From NCBI GenBank assembly GCA_024405635.1, contig JAKSOL010000019.1, forward strand, positions 1 to 57,434: DNA of 57,434 bases. The letters run 5' to 3'. The translations under genes and the position numbers were made by a program. This stretch comes from Salinivirgaceae bacterium. Lineage in GTDB: Bacteria > Bacteroidota > Bacteroidia > Bacteroidales > SZUA-534. The first letter of the stretch is position 1. Every line of letters starts with the position of its first letter. Of the stretch, positions 28,383 to 37,476 are shown piece after piece. The notes below the pieces were generated by a model. It had not been told where the DNA came from. It was given only the letters and a program-made list of their open reading frames with translations, and made no database searches.

Positions 28383-31076
28383 ATGAACTTCAAACAAGTA
28401 TTCTTCAAATACACAGCAATTTTTTTCGGTTTAATGCTGATTTGTTTAACCGTTTCGGCTCAAAAACCACGCTACGCAACTGGCATTGTTGTGGTAAAAA
28501 TGAAAGAAAGTACAAGCAAAAGCAACTCATCAGTTGAGCAAATTGCTTTACAATATGGAACTCCAATTTGCATCAACCAGATGTTTGATAGTCCATCAAA
28601 AAGTTCAAGCAACAGCCTAAACCGAATTTTCAAAATTCAATTTAACGCCACCGATAACGTTGAAAAAATTGCCTCACTTTTTGCAGAAAACAATCAAGTT
28701 GAATACGCAACTCCATATTGGTTGCCCGAATTATTTGCCACAATTGATGACCCTGGAGCAAAATCGCAATACTACCTAAACACAATGCAAGTAATTGATG
28801 CTTGGGACATTACACAAGGCGATACAAACATGGTGATTGGCATTGTTGACACTGGCATTGACTTTTATCATGCCGATTTGGTTGACAACATCAAATACAA
28901 CTACAACGATCCGTTAAACGGCATCGACGACGACCTCGACGGTTTTGTTGACAACTTTCGCGGTTGGGATACTGGCTGCAACGACAATAATCCGCAGAAC
29001 TCGCGCGAGGGTCACGGAACTTTTGTTAGTGGAATTGCCTCAGCAACTGCAAACAACGGAATTGGCATTGCTGGCGTTGGCAACAAGTGCAAGTTTTTGC
29101 CAATAAAGGCTAGTAATGAAAATGGCGACCTTTCGGGTTGTTGGGAAGGCATTGTATATGCAGCCGACCATGGTTGTAAGGTTATAAACTGCTCGTGGGG
29201 CAGCACCGTAAAAAACCCACTTTGCGACGATGTGGTTAACTACGCACGAAACAGCGGTTGCTTAATTGTGGCTGCCTGCGGAAACTCGCGCATTTGCGAA
29301 GCTTATTATCCTGCTGCATGCCAAGGTGTTATTAGTGTTGCAGCAGTTAATTCTGCCGACATAAAATGGCAAGGTTCAACATACCACCACACTGTTGACG
29401 TTAGCGCTCCTGGCGATGGCGTTTACACCACAAAAATCAACAACTCGTACCAGTTAACTTACGGCACATCGTTTGCTGCTCCATGCGTGGCTGGTGCTGC
29501 TGCTTTGGCTTGGACAACTCATGCTCACTACACTGCTGACCAAATTGCCGAACTCCTTCGCGTTACTGCCGACCGCATCGACACTCTCCCTTCAAACTCC
29601 GAGTATATTGACATGCTTGGTTCAGGCCGAATAAATGTTTTCAAAGCTGTTTCGGGCACTACATTGCCTTCGGTCAGAATAGTTGATAGTCAAATTTCTG
29701 GTTCCGATAAATTTAAGCCTAACTCCGAATTAAACATCTCATTAACCATTTGCAATTATCTGAACAAGGCCAGGCACTTATCTTTAACACTAAACAACAA
29801 CAACGGATACACTGTTGTTGGCAATAACAAACAACAGATTTCACAACTTAACGAATTAGACTCAGCCCCCAACATTCAATTTAAAATATTGATTGACAGC
29901 GCAGTAACAGCAAATCAAAACATCAATCTCGACTTTACATTTACCGATGGCGCATATAGTGCAAAACAAATCATTCAAACTCAAGTAAATCAATCGTTTA
30001 TAAACATATCGTCAAGAAATTTTGAAACAACCATTGCCGATAATGGCAAAATTGGTCATTACAATAACCTTCATCAAGGTTGCGGATTTTTATACAAAAA
30101 AAGCAACAACGTAATTAGTGATGGAGGTATTTTGGTGGCTCTAAACGACACCTACATTGCAAGCAGCGTACAAAACGATAATCAGTTTGAATGTATTAGC
30201 CAACCCGACTCGGTGCGCATTGCCGACTCATTATTTGTAAAAAGTACAATCAAACCAACCACCATTAGCGATTTAATCATTAAACAAACCTTCCAAATTA
30301 TTGATAACCAACCCAATGCGCTATTTTGCATCTATAAATTGATAAATAGTGGTAAATTTGAAATTACCGATGCAAAAGTTGCTTTGTTTTTCGATTTCGA
30401 TGTAACTAACAGCTTAACTAACAGCGAGATATACAAAGCCGACAAAAAACTTGTGGGAGTGTTTGACAACAAACAAAATAGTGCAATTGCAAGTGTGGCA
30501 TTGTTGAGCAACCACAACGCTGTTGCCTATGTTTTTGAGCAAGACGGAAACGGTGGCATAAACATAAGCGACGGCTTTACAAACCAAGAGAAATGGCAAG
30601 CAATGCAAAGCCCAAGAACCAAAACAAATGGCGACGGGAAAACCGACTTAGCCACAATGCTAACTGCAAACAACGTGTCAATTGCTGCCGGCGATTCAAC
30701 CACAGTGCAATTTGTTGTTCTAGTTAACGAAAGCGAAACTCAAATGATTGACGATTACGACAAAGCTTACCGCACGTTTGCTTACCAACCAACTGCCGGT
30801 GCCGACACCTCTTTGGTAATGCAATTGCAAGCCAACCACATTGCAATATACCCCAACCCAATACGCCCAATGCAGTGTTTAACAATATCGGCAATGCAAC
30901 AAATTAACAAAGTATCGCTCATTAACATATTCAATCAAACTATTGAATATCAAGAAAATAGCAGCAGCAACATCGTTAACTTCAACATTGGTAACGTTGC
31001 ATCAGGTTTGCACATTATTGACATTGAATTAAGCAACGGAAATGTTATTTCAAAACCCATTATGGTAAAAGAATAA
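28383..31076 (+). CDS. Subtilisin-like S8 serine protease with T9SS C-terminal sorting domain
   Basis: IVDTG (Asp), GHGT (His), GTSFAAP (Ser) and CTD IYPNP...SGLHII...KPIMVK. Start ATG 28383 follows a TAATTTTG box at 28356-28363. Confidence 0.92.
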   Translation: MNFKQVFFKYTAIFFGLMLICLTVSAQKPRYATGIVVVKMKESTSKSNSSVEQIALQYGTPICINQMFDSPSKSSSNSLNRIFKIQFNATDNVEKIASLFAENNQVEYATPYWLPELFATIDDPGAKSQYYLNTMQVIDAWDITQGDTNMVIGIVDTGIDFYHADLVDNIKYNYNDPLNGIDDDLDGFVDNFRGWDTGCNDNNPQNSREGHGTFVSGIASATANNGIGIAGVGNKCKFLPIKASNENGDLSGCWEGIVYAADHGCKVINCSWGSTVKNPLCDDVVNYARNSGCLIVAACGNSRICEAYYPAACQGVISVAAVNSADIKWQGSTYHHTVDVSAPGDGVYTTKINNSYQLTYGTSFAAPCVAGAAALAWTTHAHYTADQIAELLRVTADRIDTLPSNSEYIDMLGSGRINVFKAVSGTTLPSVRIVDSQISGSDKFKPNSELNISLTICNYLNKARHLSLTLNNNNGYTVVGNNKQQISQLNELDSAPNIQFKILIDSAVTANQNINLDFTFTDGAYSAKQIIQTQVNQSFINISSRNFETTIADNGKIGHYNNLHQGCGFLYKKSNNVISDGGILVALNDTYIASSVQNDNQFECISQPDSVRIADSLFVKSTIKPTTISDLIIKQTFQIIDNQPNALFCIYKLINSGKFEITDAKVALFFDFDVTNSLTNSEIYKADKKLVGVFDNKQNSAIASVALLSNHNAVAYVFEQDGNGGINISDGFTNQEKWQAMQSPRTKTNGDGKTDLATMLTANNVSIAAGDSTTVQFVVLVNESETQMIDDYDKAYRTFAYQPTAGADTSLVMQLQANHIAIYPNPIRPMQCLTISAMQQINKVSLINIFNQTIEYQENSSSNIVNFNIGNVASGLHIIDIELSNGNVISKPIMVKE

Positions 31077-31186
31077 CAAGCCGAAATAACTGAAAATCAG
31101 TTAATAAAGTTGTTAACTTTTTGAAAGTTCGCAACTCAAAGCGTCAAACCAAAAAAATATTTTTGCCCAAAAACTAATCAACATTT

Positions 31187-31405
31187 ATGGCAAACTCGAA
31201 AGACAAAATGCGCCGCACAAATAAATGCACAGTTTTGCTAAACGACAGCGAAGCAAAGGCACTTGACCAATACTGCAAACGCCACCCAAAAGTGAGCCGT
31301 GCGCAACTAATTCGAGAGGCTATATTCACCCAAGTTTTTGCCGACATTGAACGCTCTTCTACCCTTTTTAGCGAGGACGAAATGCAACGCATGAAAGACT
31401 ACTAG
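31187..31405 (+). CDS. Small ribbon-helix-helix-like hypothetical protein
   Basis: Pattern CTVLLNDSE.KALDQYC...SRAQLIREAI; TATTTTTG box at 31158-31165. Confidence 0.65.
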   Translation: MANSKDKMRRTNKCTVLLNDSEAKALDQYCKRHPKVSRAQLIREAIFTQVFADIERSSTLFSEDEMQRMKDY

Positions 31406-31432
31406 ACATTTATATTATTAATAACCAACGAC

Positions 31433-31942
31433 ATGGAAAGCATTAAAAGTCTTTTTTCCGAACGTTATTCGTGCCGAAACTATTCAAGTCAAAAAGTAAG
31501 TCGCCAAACATTAGAGCAACTGCTTGAAACTGCAAAACTTGCCCCATCGGCAACCAATGCCCAACCTTGGAAAGTAATTGTAGTTAACCAACCAGAAAAC
31601 ATTGCAAAATTGCAAGCTGCATACAATCGCGATTGGTTTCGCACAGCGAGCACAGTGCTTATTATGTGTGCTGTACGGAACAAAGCATGGACTCGAGCCG
31701 ACGGTAAAAACCATGCTGACATTGACCTTGCTATACTTACCGACCACCTAACATTAGCAGCAACCGATATGGGGCTTGCAACTTGTTGGGTTTGCAATTT
31801 CAACGCAAAAATGATTACCAACGATTTTGGTCTCGATAGCAACACTGAACCTGTTGTTCTTGTTCCAATAGGTTATAGCGCCGATGATTCTAAACCTGCA
31901 AAAAAGCGCATCACCACATCTGATTTTGTTGAATGGAAATAA
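31433..31942 (+). CDS. Nitroreductase family protein
   Basis: RYSCRNY, APSATNAQPW, GLATCWV and PIGY. Confidence 0.92.
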   Translation: MESIKSLFSERYSCRNYSSQKVSRQTLEQLLETAKLAPSATNAQPWKVIVVNQPENIAKLQAAYNRDWFRTASTVLIMCAVRNKAWTRADGKNHADIDLAILTDHLTLAATDMGLATCWVCNFNAKMITNDFGLDSNTEPVVLVPIGYSADDSKPAKKRITTSDFVEWK

Positions 31943-31957
31943 TATAACTAACTGATT

Positions 31958-32182
31958 ATGATTGAATTTGAAATAAAAGAAATGCCAGGCGAGAACGAAC
32001 CTTTTATTGAACTTAACAAATTACTAAAAGTTCTTCGATGGGTTGAAAGCGGTGCAATGGCTAACGAAATGATTACCGAACAACTTGTAAAAGTTAATGG
32101 TAATGTTGATACTCGCAAACGCGCCAAACTTCGCCGCGGCGACATTGTTGAATTTGAAGGAAATACAGCTAAAATTGTTTAA
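31958..32182 (+). CDS. S4-domain RNA-binding protein (YaaA/YbcJ-like)
   Basis: FIELNKLLK...SGAMANEMI...VKVNG.VDTRKRAKLRRGD. Confidence 0.9.
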   Translation: MIEFEIKEMPGENEPFIELNKLLKVLRWVESGAMANEMITEQLVKVNGNVDTRKRAKLRRGDIVEFEGNTAKIV

Positions 32183-32207
32183 CTAGAAACTAAATACTTC
32201 AAAGTAT

Positions 32208-32235
32208 AAAAGCGGCTTTATCAGTCGCTTTTTTT
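32208..32235. terminator. Bidirectional terminator between convergent genes
   Basis: AAAAGCGGCT...AGTCGCTTTTTTT. Confidence 0.75.
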
Positions 32236-32238
32236 GTT

Positions 32239-34248
32239 TTAATTCACAAATTTCTCAATTACCATTTCAACCAACAAAAGCAAAAACGCCAACAATGCAA
32301 ACCATTTCCACAAATTGTCGGCATTAACAACATCCGACACCAACAATTGCTTGGTTGGTTGCATTTGGCTAACACGCAACCCATTATCGCTAAAGAGCTG
32401 CAAAGCCTCACTCTCGCTCAAAAATTGCTGAACCGATTCGCTACGATTATAGTTTAATGCCAATTGCGTTTGCTGATTACCATAATTCATTGTCCATAAG
32501 CCACTTGTCATTTCGCTCTCGGCTGCAAAAACCGAAATTCCATTTTGTCCCCTACGAATTATTGGATATAGTTTCTGCCCTTGACTATTAACAAGTTCAG
32601 CAGTTGAATTTAATGGCTGCAATGGCAAACCTATTACCATATTTGGTTCAATGGTATAATACAATTCGGTTTGTTTAACGCTTTGTAATGCAATGTTATA
32701 AAACAAAGGGACAAACAACTGATGTGTAGGCAAATCGGTACAACTTGCATCAAAAGGCAATGCCGACAAGTAAACTTTGCCTTTCAAATATTTATAAACT
32801 CCAAACAAAACATCGCCCGACTCCGATTTCAATAAATTATCATACACTCGGCGAGTTGTTTGGTTTATCTTATAATATCCCAAGTATGTAGGCGTAGCAT
32901 AATCGTCGGTTGCATTTCGTATTGCATTTTTCAGCAAAGAAGTATTGCTTTGAGGTTTAGAAGTTCTTCCTTTTTGCTCAACCCACTCGCCCAACCAAGG
33001 GCCGCCAGTTGATCTTAACAAGCCATTAAATTCCTCAGCTACATTATTTTTATTAGGAATTAACAACAAAATCCCCCCCTCAGCAACAAACTGTTTAAGC
33101 ATTTTAGCTAATCCTGATGAGATTGTTGAAGGCTGATTAATTATAACAAACTGATAATCAGCAAAATTTTTACCAGCCGACTGTGCTACAGTACAATTTG
33201 TGTAGTTAACTGACTTATCGGTATAAAGAAACTTGAAGTAATCGGCAGTTTGTTTATCGCTGATACCCAATACATTAATGCATTGTGGCACGTTGTACGA
33301 CAAATGTAGTTGATTATCAAATGTTATTGGAAAATCAGATATTGTTGCTGTAATATGGTTATTGCCAACTAGTTGCTGTAAAAACTGACAACTAACATCG
33401 GTATGTTTACCCGACTCAATGCTAAACGGCAAGTTAGACCTAACTGTGTCGTTAACAGCAACTTGCAGAGTCATATTTTCAACATTTGAACCGCCATAGT
33501 TACGCAATCTAACTACCAATTGCTCATCTTTACCAACATACATTCCTGGGTTTGAAAACCAAGCCGAATCTATAGCAACATTATTGCGAGATGCTCCAAC
33601 AAATGGCACCAAAACAAATTGTTGCTTAGGCAACTGACTAACGTTATTCAACACAAACGATGGTTTGTGTAAATCGCTAAACACAAACGAATACAATGCA
33701 GCATTTGTATCGCTTTGCACATTTTGTTGCCAACGAATTATATCGCCTAAAGTTGGTGTTAAATGGCAAAAATCAATTTCAGCAAGCCATTTAATAAAAA
33801 CATCACGACTTACCCAATGTTGTTGGTCGGGTCGCAAATTGTTTGTTGTTAGCAAGAAAAGTGTATTGCTAGGAAACTGTTCAGTTAACTCACTAGCCTT
33901 AACTTTTGCCCATTCAAGCAACACGCCTTCCACGCCTTGCGCATCCATACTGAAAGAATTGTCGATATAAACCGACACGCGGGGCTGTGCATCGCTAACA
34001 AGTTTATTTTCAACAGAATAAGGATGTGCGAACAGTATAACCAAAGTGGCATAAATCAACATTCGCACAACAAGTAGCAACCAATTTCGCAACACTGACC
34101 GCGATTTGCTTTCATGCATCAACTTTTGCAAAAAAGCAGTATTGCTGAACATAACAACCGTGTAGCGTCGAAAGTTGAACAGATGTATTATTACTGGAAC
34201 AACTAGCGCAAACAACGCCCACAGTATGTTTGGGTGGAGAAACTGCAC
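32239..34248 (-). CDS. BatA N-terminal double-TM / vWA domain membrane protein
   Basis: MQFLHPNILWAL...PVIIHLFNFRR, MIDAS-like DNSFSM and C-terminal TM LWKWFALLAFLLLLVE; GTG start. Confidence 0.82.
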   Translation of the reverse strand: MQFLHPNILWALFALVVPVIIHLFNFRRYTVVMFSNTAFLQKLMHESKSRSVLRNWLLLVVRMLIYATLVILFAHPYSVENKLVSDAQPRVSVYIDNSFSMDAQGVEGVLLEWAKVKASELTEQFPSNTLFLLTTNNLRPDQQHWVSRDVFIKWLAEIDFCHLTPTLGDIIRWQQNVQSDTNAALYSFVFSDLHKPSFVLNNVSQLPKQQFVLVPFVGASRNNVAIDSAWFSNPGMYVGKDEQLVVRLRNYGGSNVENMTLQVAVNDTVRSNLPFSIESGKHTDVSCQFLQQLVGNNHITATISDFPITFDNQLHLSYNVPQCINVLGISDKQTADYFKFLYTDKSVNYTNCTVAQSAGKNFADYQFVIINQPSTISSGLAKMLKQFVAEGGILLLIPNKNNVAEEFNGLLRSTGGPWLGEWVEQKGRTSKPQSNTSLLKNAIRNATDDYATPTYLGYYKINQTTRRVYDNLLKSESGDVLFGVYKYLKGKVYLSALPFDASCTDLPTHQLFVPLFYNIALQSVKQTELYYTIEPNMVIGLPLQPLNSTAELVNSQGQKLYPIIRRGQNGISVFAAESEMTSGLWTMNYGNQQTQLALNYNRSESVQQFLSESEALQLFSDNGLRVSQMQPTKQLLVSDVVNADNLWKWFALLAFLLLLVEMVIEKFVN

Positions 34249-34253
34249 TTACA

Positions 34254-35624
34254 CTACTCTTTTGTACCTTGGAATATTTGGCGCTGCGAAAACAGCAACC
34301 CCATTGCAAGCACAAAACCAAACAAATCGGAAAAAGTGCATGCTGCCCAAATACCTGTTAATCCATTTAACCCATTATTCTCAAACAATACTGGAATAAT
34401 ATAAGCCGCTGGCAATAGGAATATTACTTGGCGCGATAGACTTGTTACAATCGCAATCCATGGTTTATCAATCGATTGAAAAAAATTGGAATTGACAATT
34501 GTGCCTCCAACCATAGGAAACAGAACTGTAAGCAAAGGCAATGCGCTAGCACAAATATCAATAAGTTCTTGGTCGCTAGTAAACATGCGTGCAATAACAC
34601 GAGGAAAACCGCATCCGCATATAAGGCCAAACACACCTGTAGCAACCGATGCCATTATTGTTAGTTTGTAAACTGTTTGTAAACGATAACTATGTCCAGC
34701 GCCATAATTATATCCTGCAATTGGTTGCATACCTTGGCACAAGCCTATCATAAAAAGAACCAACATGTTCAAGAAACTATTCACCACACCGTATGCGCCT
34801 ACAGCCATATCGCCTCCATATCGAATTAGTTGAGCATTCAAAATTGCCACAACTCCAGCTGCTGCAAGGTTCATCAAAAAAGGGCTCATTCCAATCAACG
34901 TAATGTTGCGGAAAATATACCCCTTAAGCGCCCAACCATGCGCACGATAATGTATAAACGATCGTCGATCAATGAAATGCAATATTGATATTACGGTGCT
35001 TATTGACATTGAAATTGTTGTTGCCCATGCCGCTCCTGCAATACCCCAATCGAGCCAAAAAATAAAAATAGCATCAAGAACAATGTTTATCACAGCGCCT
35101 AAAACCATTATAAACATTGAACGTTGAGGATAGCCCGATGCACGCATCAAACCTGTCAAATTAAATGTTACAGTGGTTAAAAACATACCTGGCAACACTA
35201 TAACCATATACTCGTGAGCAAAACTTACGGTCTCGGCTGTAGCTCCAAACAAATACAATATTTTATCAAGAAAAAAGAAGCAGAACAAACACGATATTCC
35301 ACTTAAAATCAATGTAAATACTGTACTGTTTCCAAGTATCTTTTCTGCCCAATTCTCATCTTTTTGACCTAGCACAATTGACATTCGAGCCGATGCTCCA
35401 ACACCAATAAGCGAACCCAAAGCATGAATTATATTCATCAAAGGAAGTGTAATAGCCATACCTGCAATGGCCAAAGCTCCAACACACTGACCAATAAAAA
35501 TGCGGTCAACTATGTTATACACCGACGATATTATCATGCTGATGATTGACGGTAGCGCATACTTCCACAACAATTTACTAACTCTCTCTGTTTCAAGTTC
35601 TTTTGTCTTGTCTATCTGTTGCAT
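34254..35624 (-). CDS. MATE family efflux transporter
   Basis: YNIVDRIFIG, NIVLDAIFI, GIAGAAWAT and QPIAGYNYGA; about 12 TM; TAATTTTG box at 35646-35653. Confidence 0.93.
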   Translation of the reverse strand: MQQIDKTKELETERVSKLLWKYALPSIISMIISSVYNIVDRIFIGQCVGALAIAGMAITLPLMNIIHALGSLIGVGASARMSIVLGQKDENWAEKILGNSTVFTLILSGISCLFCFFFLDKILYLFGATAETVSFAHEYMVIVLPGMFLTTVTFNLTGLMRASGYPQRSMFIMVLGAVINIVLDAIFIFWLDWGIAGAAWATTISMSISTVISILHFIDRRSFIHYRAHGWALKGYIFRNITLIGMSPFLMNLAAAGVVAILNAQLIRYGGDMAVGAYGVVNSFLNMLVLFMIGLCQGMQPIAGYNYGAGHSYRLQTVYKLTIMASVATGVFGLICGCGFPRVIARMFTSDQELIDICASALPLLTVLFPMVGGTIVNSNFFQSIDKPWIAIVTSLSRQVIFLLPAAYIIPVLFENNGLNGLTGIWAACTFSDLFGFVLAMGLLFSQRQIFQGTKE

Positions 35625-35701
35625 ATCTCTTTATTTTTCGGGGTGCAAAATTACGTCAAAAAGTTCAAAAATACACCAATTTAACTATTGGGCTGCTACA
35701 T

Positions 35702-35741
35702 AAAAAAACGCCGACAAACTCTATTTAAGCTTGCCGGCGTT
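35702..35741 (-). terminator. Terminator after the B12 locus
   Basis: AACGCCGACAA...TTGCCGGCGTT imperfect stem with a U-run on the - strand. Confidence 0.65.
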
Positions 35742-35765
35742 ATAGTAACGTTATCTGTTTTTCTT

Positions 35766-36323
35766 TTACTTCGACTGCGATAATTGTGGTATTCGGGCAC
35801 TCATAAACTCAAATGCGCCAAACATTATTCCGCAATAGACTAAATCGCCTATTAACGCATTCTTAAAAAACGGCAAACCTGCTGTGTAACATGCAATTAA
35901 GCCCGAAAATGTTGATGGATACATTGAAGTTGAATACCATGTACCAAAGTTTGACAAAAGGAAGAAAACTACTGATGCAGCCAAACTACTCAACACTACA
36001 CGACCAATAGTCACTTTCGTTAACACACTCGAGCCGGCCAATGCAATAATCACAAACGATAGGTATGTAAAGAAACAACCATCATAAAACAGTACGAAAC
36101 CATCGAACACATAGCTATAAACCAAGTTATTAAGCAACAAATCGCTTATCCACATGGCCACTAATGGTATTGTGTACGCTTGCCAATGTTTAGTAAAATA
36201 TGCGGCCCCAAAAAGCGATGTGGCTACAATTGGAGCAAATCCCATTGGATGTGGTACAAATCGGCTTGCAATGGCCAAAACCACCATCAGCAAGGCTACA
36301 AAAAAATTTAAATTTAGTTTCAT
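35766..36323 (-). CDS. DUF6580-type small membrane transport protein (ECF S-component/BtuM-like candidate)
   Basis: 185 aa with about 6 hydrophobic helices; SRFVPHPMGFAPI.A..LFG, FFLLSNFG.W and CYTAGLPFF.N...GD motifs. Confidence 0.72.
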   Translation of the reverse strand: MKLNLNFFVALLMVVLAIASRFVPHPMGFAPIVATSLFGAAYFTKHWQAYTIPLVAMWISDLLLNNLVYSYVFDGFVLFYDGCFFTYLSFVIIALAGSSVLTKVTIGRVVLSSLAASVVFFLLSNFGTWYSTSMYPSTFSGLIACYTAGLPFFKNALIGDLVYCGIMFGAFEFMSARIPQLSQSK

Positions 36324-36345
36324 ACGTTTAAATTATATAGCTGCG

Positions 36346-36353
36346 CAAAGATA
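36346..36353 (-). promoter_or_regulatory. Internal -7 element TATCTTTG upstream of the DUF6580 gene
   Basis: Perfect TAnnTTTG 22 nt before ATG 36323. Confidence 0.6.
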
Positions 36354-36378
36354 GCGTTTTGCCAGTATTAAGTACTGG

Positions 36379-37476
36379 CTAACGTTTTTCAATATCCATT
36401 CTTGCAAATAGTATTTTACTTGGGTTAATACCCAGTCCTTCAGTACGGCTTACATATGAGCCATCGGCTTTAAAGCTCATTAAAGCACCAGTTGTGGTAT
36501 AATCAACAGCATCGCCAACATAAATATTGCCATTCGCTGGGTTTATTGACAACGAATATGGGGTTACTAATTTGCTGCTATCTTGAAGTACAAATGGCTG
36601 TATTTCAAACGATTCGTTGGTTGTAAAGAATTCAACGCATGGAGTCCAATTAGCGTCATAAGTTGTTGCATAGCCAATTAGGCTGCCATTGTTTACAATA
36701 AAATTTGAAGCCGAAATTTCAATTGTTTTTGACACGCTCATATCATCAACGTTGATAATAACCAACTTTCCTGCAATATCAACGTAATTTCCAATCACTT
36801 GAACACACAATAGCGAGTTGTTTATGCGCTCAACTTTGCATGGGTTCAAACCAACTGTCAAAACTTTTTCCTCTGTCATTGTTTTAGTATTGATAATTGA
36901 TAGAGTTGAATCGTAATTAGGATAGTTCATACCTCCTGAATTTGCCACATACAATTTTCCGTTAATTGCGCATATACCCTCTGGGCTAGCACCAGAAACC
37001 TTGCAAGTTTTTGCAACCTCAAGTGTTTTAGTATCAATAGCATAAATCACACTATTATAAGCACTAACATACACATAATCGCCATCGGCAACCAAGTGAC
37101 GAGGTTGAACTTGTTCATCCCCTTCTGCTAGTTGTATTTGTTTTACCGATTTACCTGTTTTGGCATCAATCACCTCAATTGTGTTTGCCGACGAAACTGC
37201 TACGTAAACATTTTCACCACAAACAATTGCATCGTTTGGAGTATCGCCCAAACCTCGATTATTCACTAAGCTGAACACATCGCTTACTACAGCAGAAGCA
37301 CCTGCCGCATCTTTACCAATATACGACAACGAGCCATTGTTCATTCCAAACACACCTTCACACATCACCAAAACACCTTCGTCTGCATCTCCAGTGTTAA
37401 CAGGTTTGTCTTCGTTTTCGTTACATGCTGCAAAAGAAAAAAGCACCGCAGCTAGTGCCAAATACTTGATTTTCAT
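36379..37476 (-). CDS. BtuG-like surface beta-propeller lipoprotein (YncE/DUF5074-like)
   Basis: Lipobox FAAC; EGVFGMNNGSLS, NNRGLGDTPND, GKLYVANSGG and IYVGDAVDY; directly downstream of a B12-riboswitch TBDT. Confidence 0.82.
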   Translation of the reverse strand: MKIKYLALAAVLFSFAACNENEDKPVNTGDADEGVLVMCEGVFGMNNGSLSYIGKDAAGASAVVSDVFSLVNNRGLGDTPNDAIVCGENVYVAVSSANTIEVIDAKTGKSVKQIQLAEGDEQVQPRHLVADGDYVYVSAYNSVIYAIDTKTLEVAKTCKVSGASPEGICAINGKLYVANSGGMNYPNYDSTLSIINTKTMTEEKVLTVGLNPCKVERINNSLLCVQVIGNYVDIAGKLVIINVDDMSVSKTIEISASNFIVNNGSLIGYATTYDANWTPCVEFFTTNESFEIQPFVLQDSSKLVTPYSLSINPANGNIYVGDAVDYTTTGALMSFKADGSYVSRTEGLGINPSKILFARMDIEKR

